A DNA stretch of 64,000 nucleotides from Vicugna vicugna (taxonomy: Eukaryota): the NCBI GenBank assembly GCA_013265495.1, contig MU057521.1:1500335-1564334 (forward strand), given 5' to 3'. Shown one piece after another: positions 1 to 15,120 of this stretch. Under the pieces are notes generated by a model. The model saw only the letters and a program-made list of their open reading frames with translations. It made no database searches and had not been told where the DNA came from. Position 1 is the first letter of the stretch, and each line of letters starts with the position of its first letter. The translations under genes and the position numbers were made by a program.

Positions 1-840
1 TCATTTAAAAGATGTGCTGGTTAATAAGGATATTTGCTCTAAGAGTGGCTAGATAAAATTTTGTATGTATTTTTAAGTTTCTGGTTAATTATGGTGTGAT
101 TAGTTGGTAAGGCTTAGATTAGCATAGTCAAGTATTTACTCAGCTCAGATAACTGTAGAGTAGAAATTACTAGTGGGCCACCATCGAGTCCACTGAATTA
201 AAAGTATCCAAGAAGTAGGCAGAAATGGATTTCAGTTCTGGCTCTTTCTGCTTACTTAGGGTTGAATCTAAGTAAGCTAAGCTTTTTGAGTTTTAGTTTC
301 TCCATCTGAAAATGGAGATAGTCGTATCTGCCCCATCTACCTTAATAGGGTTTTAAAACATTGAGATAAATCAGATGAAATCTCTTCATAAACCATAAAT
401 CTCCATAAAAATACAGTATGGTACTACCAAAGAGGGGCAATAAACTCATTATTTCTCTTTATGAATGTATATTTAATATGTTCCAGGAGATAGAATTCTT
501 AGCTTTCTTGGGGCACAGATCTGTACTGTCAAAGTGTCTAAATTTTAGAGTCCTACAGCTTCACAAAGAGGAATGTAAGACATTTCCCTTTCTGAAAAAT
601 TACTGAAATACAGTCACATTTTTTAAGACTGCTTGTTTTGAAAAAAGATTTGAAAGGAGTTATTAAAAAAGTTTTTAAGGAACAGTATGTCAGTCTATAG
701 TTAATTTTAATAATTTTGAGTAAATTATGACAATAAACATTATATTTCTAATTGTTAATCTTGATAAAGTTTAAGTAAGACCCTTTGTTTTACACATAAC
801 TTTGTTCCAGTTGGTTCCTGCCTAAGAAATAACTATATAA

Positions 841-951
<111 letters not shown>

Positions 952-3900
952 TAGATTTTGTTGTTAAAATGATTTTTACATAATATACGTAATCCAAAAA
1001 CCTTAGTACCAAAACAAACACCAGGAAAATTTAAGCAGATATATAGAGGTTGGCTTTGAACTCTCTGTGAACATTAGCTATAGAAGATGTCAGTTTTTGT
1101 TGGCTTGCATTACCAGTATAAGGAAATGATGGTTTTCCACATGAAAAAAAAAAGTGGACCCTTTTTCCTGGTTCCTTGCTGAGATGTGTATTGCTAGTGG
1201 CTGTGTGCAAGAGGACTTCCTGTGAGAGGGTCATCTGCAAAATAGGATGGGGCTTGTTTGCATTCAGTAGTGGTCATTCTACTCCTTCTGTGGCCTTCCT
1301 TAAATATATCTCCACTTGTTCCTTGAGTTCCAGCTCCTCCCCTTACTCCTCCCAATGATAGAATCCCAGAGGATTGAGAAATAAGGGATAGTGGAAATCC
1401 CTTATTGGACATGCAGAGGTGAAAGGTATCTTAGATCATTTTGTTCAGACTCTTGCTTATTTCTTCTATGCTAATTTTATTTTATTGAAAATTTTGTGGG
1501 TAGAGATAAGTATTAAAAGGAGAGAATAAGTTTAAATGGTTAATAACCAATAAATTACAATTTCTCAATAAGCAAATTATTTTTAAAATTTAAGAGGGAC
1601 ATAAAGCAGAATGTCCAGAAACAGACAACATTCCCAACCCAGTTACCAGCTTGTGGGCAGAGGTGTGACATAGTTATTGAACCATAGCGTGTGCAGTTGT
1701 CAGGACAGTGTTGGTTTTTGAGTTGTCAGCTTTGACATCACCATAAATAGATTCTTTTTAGATCTCATGTGTCTGTGTTCATTCTTAATGCTCAGAGAGA
1801 CTTTGTCACCAGCTTGCAGCGCTTTGAGCAGCACGGGAGACGTGGGCTCTGAGGGACACATGGTTGGGTGTGCTGTCAGTGTTAGCTCTGCTGGGTAAAA
1901 ACACCCAGCGATGACTTGAATATTTCAGTTTTTCTGTGGCTTAAACTAGGCTTTCTCAGTTAAGGGCTGAGAACTCCTTCATCCACTTCAAACTAGTGAC
2001 CTAACTACACGTGGAGATGGGGGTGGTCACTAAGTTCCAGTCACCAGAGGTCATCTGCAGATGTCTGTCAGCTTCAGACAGCGTGCTGAGGAAGGACCCA
2101 TGCGCGGGCGCTGCCTGCGTCCAGGGAGGGGCCGTCTGCGCCCAGAGGAGCAGCCGGCTCTGGGCCCCGGGCCCCACTCGGCCTGTTGAAGGAACCAGGC
2201 AGGGCTGCGCACCTCACCCCACCCCACACATGTGCTTTTAATAGGCTGATGGCTCACTGTGGACCAGGTGTGCCTGAGGAAACACAGCTGTCACCCAGAT
2301 TTGTGTGACCTGGTGGTCAGTATGTTAGCATCTCTTCTACTTTTCTGACTTTTTTGCCTCTTGATTGAATAAATTTATCACACTTAAGGGCAGATAATCC
2401 TGAACAGGGTTATTTGTGTTAGACAGCAACATGCTTCGTTTGCCTTTCTCCTTTTGCTCTTTCCCCGACAGCTTTCTAATGTGGGAGGGTAAGCTGAGGG
2501 CATGCCCAGCGTGGGCTGGGATATCTCGCAGTGGTGGAGACTTGGGCGTGGTGGGGCCCACGGCCGCCACTTGCGACAGCCAGTTACTTCACACGTTTGG
2601 GTCGGGATGCTGCCAGCTGTCCCTCGTGCTAAGAGCTCGTGATCGACCCCTAGCCTGGGGCCGGGCACCTGATGGTCTCTCCTACTGGATTTCCCTAAAC
2701 TTTGGCTGCTGTTTGTCTTGACAGATTTCATTTCTCAGTCACACAGTTTTTCTAAAAGCTTGGGTGCTTTTAAAAAATTCACCCCCCCACCCCAAAGAGA
2801 AAAACAAAACAAAACAAAAAAATTCAGCTCAAAGTAAATAAATCACTCTTAAGAATCACAGTAATTAATGATGCCCCTGCTTAGCCAGTGTTTGAATATA
2901 GTATTTTTTCAATAGGACCAGTGCCGTATCAAGTTATATGAAATTAATCGGCAACATAGTGTACTTCTAGAAATGAGTTGCCGATTATAAAGCATCCTTT
3001 CAGGTTTACCATGTGTCTTTTTTCCTGTTTACCTTCCTTTTAAAATCATCTACAAAGGTTGGGAGCAAAAACTGTCCACGGAACAAGCTGCACATGGTCA
3101 ACAGTCTTTACCTTTTGTGGAGGCTGTTTCCCTGCACTGGCAGTTGCTATGGTGAAGGGTGAGTGTGAGATCAGTGCTTTCAAGTCCCTTTCTTACATAT
3201 AAATGGCAGCTTGTCCTCCACATCCTAGCCCCCTTCCCCTGCTGCTGCTGGGCAGCTGCATCTGGCACCTGGCTGTTGTTCTCTACCAGAAAGGAAGCTC
3301 CATGGAGACAGGGTTTTTGTTTCTTCTTCATTGCTGTGTCCACGGTGCCTTAAACAGTACTTAGGACAGGGTCGGAGTTTGAATATAAGTTGACTGAATG
3401 AACGGGAAGAGTTACAAAAACTAAATTGTAATGAGATGTAAATTCTTCCAGCACACTGAGCTTGTGCTGAGCTGAGTGGGGGCTTTGGAGATGGGGGCTG
3501 GGTATGCTGGAACAGAGATCAGGCAGGTGAGAAAGTTCAAGAGCAACTGGAATAGAAGAGAGGTGATTTCAAGCTGTATAATGAGTGAATATGCCTTCCT
3601 CTCAGACTGGAAATAGTCCTCGGACATTGAAGATGAAAGCCACTTGAAAGTAAATCAGTTTGCAAATGCTGCCCAGTCTTGAGCAGTCACTGACCAGGTG
3701 AAAATGTATGTCTGCTCCCCTTCCTGTGTTTAGAAGAGCCATCAGCCACTCAGTAGTTGAAATAGGCTTCTCCATTGAAGCTGGTTTGGGCTATGTCATA
3801 TATTCAGGAGAAACCGAGTTTAAAATGGGTAATATGATAAATGCTTGCTGTCCTAAATCTCTATTAAAATAACATCAAAGTGTAAATATTGAAATGAATA

Positions 3901-5036
3901 GTCATTTCTTTATTTGGAAAATGTGTAGATCCAGAACTTGTTTCTTCGTATTAGTAGTCCAAGGAAATGATTTACACAGTTGGGTGTGTGGAATGCCAGC
4001 AGAGCGTTCAACCTTAGCAGGTTAACAGAAGAACCAGAAGCGCTTCATTCTGTTATAACATCTTGATTCCATAGTCTAAATGTGCCTAAAATAGTAGTAC
4101 GTTAGGCAACCTTTGTTAAATTTTCCATACCTGAATTGTTGACTCAAAATGGTTACTTACCTTGGGTTCTCCAATTAAAAGTTAATATGAAAACTGGCAA
4201 ATTTGTATAGAATTTACATTCATGTGGCTCATTAGATAATGTGTTAATGATTCTACTCTTAATTTTAGTGAAAGTGCCCACAATTCAAGAGTTAATTACA
4301 AAGACTAGTTATTAAAAGTCAAATTTAAAGCTTTGAATTCTTGAAAGACTTGGAAAGTTAGTTTTATAAAAAATCAATTTATGAGGAATTTAATAAGTAA
4401 ACTAGTTAATAAAAACAAAATTATAAGTCATTTAAATTTTTTTGGCCAAGAAAAATCTATTTACTTGATTTGTGTATGTGTGTGTGTGTTGTACATGATT
4501 CTGAGGCCACCTCCATCACATTGAGGAAAAGGGTACTAAAACTTCAGTTAGTGTTTTTAAGTGAGATGTAGAGTTTTCACCCCATCTTTCATAGCCGGTT
4601 CTTTATTGGGTGTGTAGCACCAGCAGCCTGCCGTTGCCTGAGGTTCTCGTGGGAAAGAGGAGGCACAAAAGTGGTAACTATAAAGGCAGGGATCACATTT
4701 TTCAGAATGCTTTTTGAAGATAAAAATACTACCTGTGCTCTGTGCAATGTCCCACTTAACTGAAGCGCCTTGGCGTGGGAGTGCTCGGGGTGCAGCACGT
4801 GGGAGGTGGAAGGTGAGTGCGGGGCGCGTGTGCACGGCGGTGCACGGCGTGAGGGCGCCTCGGCCCCTCCGTGCTGCTCTGGTCTGGGGCCCTGTGTTGG
4901 GAAGACTTAGAAGAGGAAGTGCTCCTGGACGATTTCTGAGGAGGAGGCATGTATCTTCCTTTTATGCCTCTGGTTTGTAACATATTTACCACTAAGTGAG
5001 AAACTTAACGTCGGCCATGTGGTTTTTCTTTCCTAG

Positions 5037-5150
<114 letters not shown>

Positions 5151-8100
5151 TAACAGTTCACCTGGGCTGTCCCAGCAGTGCTGGGTCTCAGGCCCTCCCG
5201 AGGACTGAGGATGGAGTTTTAAGGGGGAAACACAGAGATTCCTTCTCTGGAGTACTTTTTAGAATGGACTTTTTCAGCCTTGTGTTAATTAAAGTCCTCT
5301 AGGCTATTAAGAGACACCAAAGTAATTTCTCATATCATTGTACTTTTCAGACATCTGTTATTGTAAGTAACTGCTTCTAAGATAATGCGAATATTTAGTG
5401 AAACCTCTTATTTTCATCATTTATTGAAAGAGGCCATGTCCAACAGCTTGACTTTGGAGATGGTTTTGGATTTGAGTTACCAGGTAAGAAGATGAGGCTA
5501 ATGGGTGGGAAAGCAAGAGGAAACAGCGCGGGTGGCTGAGGTGCAGTTAGAGTGAACACAGGTGAGTGACAGAGGAGAGTGAGCGTCACGTGTGACGAAG
5601 TAACTAAGCAGAAGGAATCAGGTTGAGATTAGAGTGTCAGCTCTCCAGGCTAGTGCACTAGATTTTGAGGTGAAACAGTTGCTTGTGATGTTAGAGGTTT
5701 GCAGTGTGGTTTTGGTAATTGTTGCACTCACCCCTCTCCCAGGGCTCCCTGTTAGGAGGAATAAACTAAGGAATAATGGCCAAGGAAACAATGCTGTTTC
5801 ACTGGAAACTTGGATTTACTAATAAGTAAAATAAGGAATAGCAGTGTTGGAGCATATGTGGCTTAGAGTCAGGGCTTAAGTGAGACTTACCATCTGCCTT
5901 CTGAAGCAAAGATGGCTGAGTTTGGGAAGGAGACTTGCTGAGGCATAGGGAGAAAGAGCAGAGGTGTGTATCATATAGTGACCCTCTCGCTCCCAAGGGA
6001 GGGCCCCCTGGGTGTCATCAGGACAGGGTGGGGCTGAGAAAGGAGGGACGAATGTTTGCTCCTCTTGGAGAAAAACAGAAATCTGGGAGGAAGAGTCTTC
6101 ACTGTATGACAAGATTTAGGGTGTGATTTGGAAGCAAATGACTGAAATAAGATAGGAAATGGAGGAAGTCAGGAGAGAAGGCAGCCATGCAGAGAGCTGG
6201 AGTTTTCAGACTTTGAAGTTCCCCCGCACACACCATGGAAGACGTGGAGTGAAGATAGTGAGGTGGGGGCCGAAGCTGCATGTAAGCGTGGAAGAGGGAC
6301 CTGGAGGCTAGTGTGTGATGTGGTGAGATTGAGGGGTGGAGAGCCTGAATACGGCTTCAGGGACCCCCCTTCCCTGCAGCCCACACACGACAGGAGGGGA
6401 AACGCACTCCTTATGTCTGAGGAAAGCCGACCCAGTGGCTGGCAAGGTTTTAGAGTAAGGAGGTGCAGGCTCCCTTCATTGCAGGGTGTCTCAGAGGGCA
6501 CAGTGGAAGGGTTCAGAGAAAGGAGGAGAAATGGAGGGGGGGTGGCTGGGTCTTGGGAGTGGTCACAGAGAACATTCTTTTTTAAAAAATCTTTGATTCT
6601 TTGTACGGCTGGCCTATGATCTCAACACATTAATAGGATGTTAGGACACTTAATCTGTTTCTGAATTTTAGATTAGTATCATCATCATGTCACGTAAGAA
6701 ATGGAGCAATTATAAAGGAGGGGGGAAAAGTGAGAAATAGGAAATGAGTTTATAAATGAAGTTGAGATTAGGTTGGTAATGGACATACTGCATTTACTTC
6801 CAAGTACACTGTAAATTAGGAAAATGAAAATACGGCACTGAAATGTACATTTGGGATTGGATGATTTCTGTTTTATCAGAAACGTAATCTTGTTTTTCTT
6901 ATTTAATTGCTTAAGTAGTTTATGGCCACTTTGTTCTACTTAGGTGCAGTTGCCATACTGTGAACCTTGACTTGAGTCTGTATGGTGATTTCAAGTCCGT
7001 GCCTTTATCTCAGGTGTGGATTTCCTATACTGGATATGCATTTAGTATTTGGAGTTTGTACATGGTATCTACGCTGTTTCTTGGGACTTAAATCTTGAAT
7101 TGAAGATGTGCCTGCCTGTACTTTTAACCACTTGGTTTGTAAATGTAACTGGGTGATAGATGCCTTTGGATTTTAATCACCAGCCTTAGCTAACGTGTTC
7201 AGACCTGAAAATTTGGATTAGCTCCTTTACTTTGTATCTCAGTTTTTCTTCCATCTCTTCGTTCCCCCCTTTTATCTTCCTATTGAATATTTACTTCCAC
7301 ACTTGAGGACCAAGAAGCAATTTTGTCTAATGGACAAGGCAGCTTTGGTCTATAAGGGTCATCTCGTGGTATGGTATTTGATGATTCTATAACTAAATCT
7401 GAATGACAGGTCCAAAACCTTGGGGAGAAATTAAGAATTAAAATTTTAAATGAGTATTTAAAGTGTTCAGAAGAATAGAAGGGGATCTGTGTGCTGAGCA
7501 GGGTGACAGTTTAATTTGTGTATACTGTTTGAGTGCTATAACCTTGAAGAATGTCAGTGTTCCTTCCCTATGAGGAAATTGAAGGTGAAAGGCCAGATAA
7601 ATTGTTCAGGGTGATTTCAGCTTTTAAGTAGTTGAGCTGGTATTCAGATCCTGAATAAACTTTGCATTAGACTGTGCCGTAACTATATCTCTTTTATTAG
7701 GGTCTCTTTTGTAGGGAAGACCTCCAGTTGAAATCTTCCAGTTACATTAATAAAATATGAGGCTAGCTGGTTTTTAAAGATAACAGCTTAGAATCATGGT
7801 ATGATGCATATTGCGGTGAATCATCAATCAGTCATGCCTTAGGCGGTAGGAATACTTGCAACTAACCTGACCACTGTGTCCCGTGGTTTCCAGGACTCCT
7901 AGCTTCCCGAACTTCCCAACCTCTTATGATCCGAGGATGGGAAGGTTCCTTCATGGTACAGCCAAAAGATGAAAAGTATCACCTATGAAGAAGGATAAAG
8001 AAACTGCAGTTGTTTTTCTGAGCAGAAAGACAACAGTTGAACCACTTGGGTAAAAGTCTGAAGTGATACATTTTTTGCCAGAATTGAAACCTTACAACTA

Positions 8101-8297
8101 GATTGTATAAAGTTAAAAGTAAGCCTGTGTATTAGAGTCTTGCAAATAACGTTTTCACTTTTATTCACTTCCTCCTATGGGAAACTCGTTACAAAATAAT
8201 ATTTTTTTCCGTTAGGAAAACAGTTCATTAAACAGCCACTTGAGTTTGTTTACAATCCAAACTGAGTCTCTTGTGGATTTCTATTACATGAAATTAA

Positions 8298-8441
<144 letters not shown>

Positions 8442-8918
8442 TAGGAATCTGGCATTTTCCTCGCTTGGATTTCGTGCTTCACCATGTCACCTTGAATGGG
8501 ATTGTCATTTTAGTTAAAGTCAAGGAATAGTGGCATACGATTTAGAAGCATTTGTAGTTTTTAGTGAATTTTACACTGCAGTTTTAAAGAAAATAAATTA
8601 GAAAAGCTAATGTCACAAAACAGGCTGATTCAAAGGCAAAGGCCCAGGCATCTCAAGCTTGTGGGCATACTGGATGCTCACGTTCCTTGATAGACCTGGC
8701 CCACAGGTTGTAGAGATGCCTCAGTGCTGTTTGCATAATGGGTAAACCTCTTACAGTCTGACCCTGTTCCAAGTGACCTCCCCGGCTTCTGTGGCTGGAA
8801 ACTCTGGCCTTATTCTTTTCGCTTTTCCTCTTCGCATTCAGTCATTTAAAGGCCAAGCCACACCAGACAAGGAACACCTTCCTTTTCACCCCTCCTCACC
8901 AATCCCGTTGGTAGTTAG

Positions 8919-9125
<207 letters not shown>

Positions 9126-10169
9126 CACATATAGACTTGCAAAGCCTCTCGTCTCAGCTCCTAGTTCCTCAGTGTGCTCTGACCTATCTGGGGATGATCT
9201 TGGGGATCAGTCTGTCAATCCTCTGTTCAGAACTTTAAACGTCTGGTGTGAAGTTCAAGCCCTGCCGTCAGCCCCTCCCTCCTCCCTCCTCCCTCAGACT
9301 CACTGCTCACAGGCTTGGCAGCCACTCAGTGCCCCCTGCCGTTTGCTGTCCCAGGGTCCTGGCTCGTTTGCACCCTTTCTTCTGTCGCAGTCTGTTAAAA
9401 TCACACCTGCTTCAGGCCCTGCCAGAAGTATCACCTCGTGAGGATTTCCCAGTTTTCTCGTATTACTGTGGTTTGGTTTTGCCCTTACATTTCCGCATTC
9501 GTCACCGTCTGCCTTGCATTTAGTTTTATATACACATCTATCTCAGCTGCCTTTTTAAAACAAATATTTTGCCAGTAACATTGATGTGTGCTTACGACAA
9601 ACGGATTAACGTTTATAGTTATTCTACTCATTTGTGTGTGTGTGTGTATGCCTTAAACATTTTAAACAGAAAAGTAGCAACTAGAATTAATGACTCTTTA
9701 CAACCAGTTGACTAAGACAAGATGAACAGCTAACTCCATGTTTAAACTTATGTCTGAAGAGTGGCAGTAGACTCCTGGGCCGTTTGTAGAAGTCTGACCT
9801 TGTCACATTATTATTGTTTTTCCTAAAAGGAGCCATCCACATGAATTAGGTATTTTTAAAAACTTTATACCACACACATGTTTGAGAAGCACTAGTCTAG
9901 TCTGCTCCATCTCCTCATTTTGCCCAGAGCACCAGGGAACTGGCAGGTGTGAAGCAGCTTGCTCCAGTCCTGTGGCTTTTGTGGGGAGAGCAGGCTCCGT
10001 GGTTTGGGGACCCCTCTCCCAGTCCAGGGTTTTGTGCTGTCTTGGTGCTTCCTTCAAGGTCCTGACTACTAGAAATGTTCTCTTTGCCATTAACTCTCCA
10101 CTCTCATTTCCGTGGAAGAAAAGTAATCATTCTATTTGTTTTTCTATTGTAATTTTCCCTAAAAGTTAA

Positions 10170-10283
<114 letters not shown>

Positions 10284-10329
10284 TGATTCATTGGAATAAG
10301 TCATACTGCCTGACATTGTCACAGGACTA

Positions 10330-11200
10330 GGCAAACAGGCCGTTAGAACAGATGAAGGAGCCTAGAAACAGACATATGGGAACTTGGAATGTGACAGGTG
10401 GCATTACAGAAAAGTGGGGAAAGAATAGACTATTTGGTAAACGGTGTTGGCTGGCTTTTTAATTGGAAGAAAAATTACATAATTAGATCCTTACTTCTGT
10501 CATGCACAAAAAATTTCAAGTGAATAACAAATTATATGTAACATATAAACTTAATGTAATATGTAAAATGTAAAACTTAAATTTTTTAATGTTAATAATC
10601 TGGGACGAGAAGGCTTTCTTTACAAGACAGAGCATGACCATGGTGATCTTTCTAATCTAAATTAGAACTTAACATGTGACAAGAAACTAGACAGAGACAT
10701 GTGCAGCATATTTACAGGTAAAGACTACTGTAGAAAGATTCTTCTGAAAATCAGACCAGTTAACAACATGGTAAAAGATAGACAGGCAATTTATGGAAGA
10801 AGAAACTTGAATGGCCACTAAACAGTGTTCAGCCCACGAGTAGTCTGGGAAGTGCAAATTTAGAACAATGAGAGGTTATTTCACACTCATCTGATTGGCA
10901 AAACATTTTCCAGCCTGACATTGTCAAGGCTATGAAGTAATGGGAACTCTCATCCACTGCTGATGGGAATTCAAATTGGTACAACTGTTTCGGACAGAAG
11001 TTTGACACTGTGTGGTGAAGTTGGAGGCGGTTAATGCTGCTACCCCGGAGTTCAGCTTCTATGAAAATCGTTGTCCATGTGCTCAGGGGACAGGGACTCG
11101 GGGTCTCTTGGGAGCACGTGTGTAATGGCAAGTGCCTGGATGTTGCCCGAATGTTGTAAATGTTAATCAAGTTATGAACAGATTGTGGCATATTCATGCT
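10330..11200 (+). mobile_element. Old, degraded L1 ORF2/3' fragment
   Basis: L1-like motifs, e.g. gggaactctcatccactgctgatgggaattcaaattggtacaac; boundaries approximate. Confidence 0.6.
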
Positions 11201-11771
11201 AGGTGGTAATTAAAGGATATTATAGTGTATTCAGACATGTAGCACCACTGTTGTGTTTGTGAATACACACGAGGGTAGTTAAAATTTTAAAAAATGCACT
11301 AGATTATTTCAACTGGTTAACTTCTGTAGAGGGAGGCCTTCAGTTGTTTCTCAGATATTTCATTTCTTAATAAAAAGAGGCAGATATAGAGATACTTGGG
11401 AGGTGGGTACATGGGTGTTGGTTTTATTAATATGTGGGTTTTTTTTGATATTTGAGACAGTTCACTTTTTTAATGGTTAAAAAAGTCTGAAATTGTTGTT
11501 TTGCAGTGGCATGCTCATAATCAGTTTCATAGTTTTGGACAAAACTGATTTTGCTGTTAGGTGGAACACATTTGAGAGAATATTTAAGGACATTCAGTCA
11601 CGTACTGTGTCTTTAAAAAAATTGCTTCTTTAAGGAATTTTCTATGAAAAATGCTTAGAAGTGCTCTACATGGTCTGTTGTATTGTTATGATCACATAAA
11701 TTAGTTGCATCTTCCTTCTGGATTTTGCGGAAGCATTTGGTATAATAAATTGTGTTTTTCCTCTACTCTAG

Positions 11772-11829
11772 ATGTGTTACAGCACACCATAGTCCACAAG
11801 AAACACACTGGGAAAAGTCCCATTGTAAA
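11772..11829 (+). CDS. ZCCHC2: ZCCHC2 coding exon, (D)VLQHTIVHKKHTGKSPIV
   Basis: Acceptor tttcctctactctag|, donor AA|gtaggt; 58 nt, phase 1-2. Confidence 0.93.
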
Positions 11830-12185
11830 GTAGGTATCTAGTTCCTAAAACATGAATGTCTTTCTGTGTTTTTAAATCAGCATCACATTTACTCACTGAT
11901 ATATTTGGCTATAGTTCTGCCATTTTTTACTGTTTGCTTGTTGTTTGTCCCACCTTTTCTGTTTCCCTTTCTCTTCTTGCTTTTGGATAGTTTTTTATTC
12001 TGTTTTTCTCTTCTATTAGCCTCGATAGTTATATGTACATTATTTTTTGAGTCTGCTCCAGGCTACCTGGAGGTTATATTCTGCAACTTCGACTTAGGAA
12101 GTTCTGATGTTAATTGTGCTTGTACCATTTCCCATGTGAAGACCTTGGATCACTGTAGCTTCACTTATCTCCTCCCAACTTGTAA

Positions 12186-12416
<231 letters not shown>

Positions 12417-13457
12417 TGAGAGCCGAGCTCTGTGAGTGTCATTAGGTCAGGTAGTGTATCTAGTAAGAAGTGAAGGAATGTTTCAGTGTTAGACTTTAAA
12501 CTTGATTGGTATATGTGGTCTAAGCGCTTCTGAGACCTGAAAGAGTTTCAATTTAAGTTATTTTGTATTTTGCTTTTAAAGTGGACCTACATTTTTATTG
12601 CTCAAAAAATTAGTACATTTCAGAGTGATGCCTAAAATGTTTAGCCTGAGGGATACATTGTTATGCAAAATTTTTTGCTTTTGAAAGAATTACTCATATC
12701 ACATTTCAGTCACTGCCTTGCTGTTGGTGATGTGAATTTTGAAACTGATCTTCTCTCATGAGTGGTTGGGCCAGCTTACCAGCACTCCTGATTGTAACAA
12801 GGAAGTACTTGCTTTCTTAGGAGTTGCTCTAATCCGTGAGCAGAATGCTCTCCAGTGTGTTTAGGTCACACGGCACCACAGATACGGGACCGGGGAGGTG
12901 TGCTTAGCTGTGCAGCTGTGCAGAGAGCCACCTTCTCTCTAGAAAATAGGTTTTATTTCTGGCCAACCCTCGGATCCACACGTTAATGTTTACTGCAGTG
13001 CGTTTTTACGAACCAAAGCATTAAAGCAGACTTTGAGAAGCTGTGCGTTATCTTAGTCATACTTAGTTATGGCCTGTTTTCAGGTCCGTCTGCTTGTGCT
13101 GCTTCTCCCTCTGCTGCTTCTTAGAGCCGACACGCTGTGCGCAGCAGTTTACCAGCCTCGTCTCTAGACAGAAAACTAGTAAGCCTGCAGTAAATACGCT
13201 ACTTGATTGTTTTATTTTGTGATAAGAAAAAATATAGGTCCACTTTAAAAGCAAAATACAAAATGGATATTTTTCTCATGATTAATATTAAGTATTTGTC
13301 AGAGAATATGCAGAGACAGGTAACTTCAGAAAGGCTGGGAATAAAAATTTATCAGAACACACAGCGGGGAATGTGTCATTTTCATGTTTGGTATCAGAAT
13401 AAAAGGATACCTACTTGAGTATGGTGTCACTTTAGTCTGATTTCTGTTCTTTTTTAG

Positions 13458-13522
13458 CATTCAACTGAAAAACGAAGCTTATCTTCAATAAATAAGAAGA
13501 AAGGGAAGCCACAAATAGAAAA
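13458..13522 (+). CDS. ZCCHC2: ZCCHC2 coding exon, HSTEKRSLSSINKKKGKPQIE(K)
   Basis: Acceptor ttctgttcttttttag|, donor AA|gtaggt; 65 nt, phase 0-2. Confidence 0.93.
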
Positions 13523-13816
13523 GTAGGTTCAACTTAATGTTTCCAGTAATAGAAATTGTAAGAAAAGGCAACATTTGATTATGGACGTGTTTAGTTTTTG
13601 TAGTATAAATAGTATTTTTCCATTAGTTTTCTTTATATTTTTATCTGGACTTTATTTTTTTAGTTCTAAACAAATCAATATATGAGGGCAAATCTTGTCT
13701 TTACAATTATACTTTACTAAACATTTTTTTAATTATAAAGAAATTTTGAGGGAAGTTTTATTAATACTGTACTTAATGTGTTCTCCAGAGAACCTGATAA
13801 AAAAAAATGTTGGTAA

Positions 13817-13963
<147 letters not shown>

Positions 13964-14402
13964 TAGCATCCCGAGCGCGGTACCTGTTAGAGCAGGTGTT
14001 GAGCTGCTGTGTCACATCCTCACTTGCTCTTACCCTGCTTTGATGTGAACAGTGATTTCTGAATTAACTCTGTTAATACTTCAGAGCTGTTTCATGCAGG
14101 AAATCTGAGTCAGCCGCGGAGGTAAACGCCCCCATTGCTACAGTTAACACTCGCCCGCCTTTCCGTTGCCCCACTGGCAGCCGTCTCCTCACCCATCCCC
14201 AGCCAGTCCCCACTCCAGAGCAGAGGCCCGCGGGCCCACTGGATCTTTCCACCCTCGTTCCTGTGTAAAGGCAGTTTTGAAAATCTTGGTGACTTATTCA
14301 TGTTGTAATGACTGTCCTTTATAGAGTTTTATGGGACTTTAGGGGAATTCAGACCTTGTTGTACTAGATTTGTGTGGTTGTGAGTGTATTTTTTTGTCTT
14401 CT

Positions 14403-15120
14403 GTTTTTTATTGATGTGTAATTGATTTACAGTATTGTGTTAGTTTCTGAGTACAGCAAAGTGATTCACTTATGCGTATATATTCACGTATTTTTCCTAT
14501 TTTCCATTTTGGTTTATTACAGGTTTATTATTGAGTATCCTTGTGCTACACAGTAGGACCTTGATGTTTAATCTGTTTTATATATAGTAGTTTGTATCTG
14601 CTAATCGCAAACTCCTAATTTATCCCTCCCCAATCCCCTTCCCCTTTGATAACTATAAGTTTGTTTTCTATGTCTGTGAGTCTGTTTCTGTTTCATAAAT
14701 AAGTTCATTTGTGTCATATTTTAGATTCCACATGTGAGTGATACCATATGGTATTTCTTTCTCTTTCTGACTTACTTCACTTAGTATGATAACCTCTAGG
14801 TCCATCCATGTTGCTGCAGATGGCATTATTTCATTCTTTTTATGGCTGAGTAGCAGTCCATGGTATTAATATACCACATCTTTATCTAGTCATGTGTCGA
14901 TGGACATTTAGGTTGCGTCCATGTCTTAGCTCTTGTAAATAGTGCTGCTGTGAACATTGGGGTGCATGTATCTTTTTGAGTTATATTTTTTTCTGGGTAT
15001 ATGCCCAGGAGTGGGATTGCTGGATCTTATGGCAACTCTATTTTTAGTTTTTTGGGGACTCTCCATACTGTTTTCCGTAATGACTGCACCAATTTATGAA
15101 TACTCTCACCAACAGTGTGG
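14403..15120 (-). mobile_element. L1 3' end fragment (artiodactyl-type 3' UTR plus end of ORF2)
   Basis: Typical antisense L1 text: tctaggtccatccatgttgctgcagatggcattatttcattcttttt; gtaaatagtgctgctgtgaacattggggtgcatgtatc. Confidence 0.85.

Noticed and set aside
6950..6996. Two interleaved inverted repeats (ttgccatac/gtatggtga and gacttgag/ttcaagtc) suggesting a pseudoknot or ribozyme
   Set aside because: The connecting loop would be only ~1 nt, the topology does not match HDV-like ribozymes, and short stems like these arise by chance
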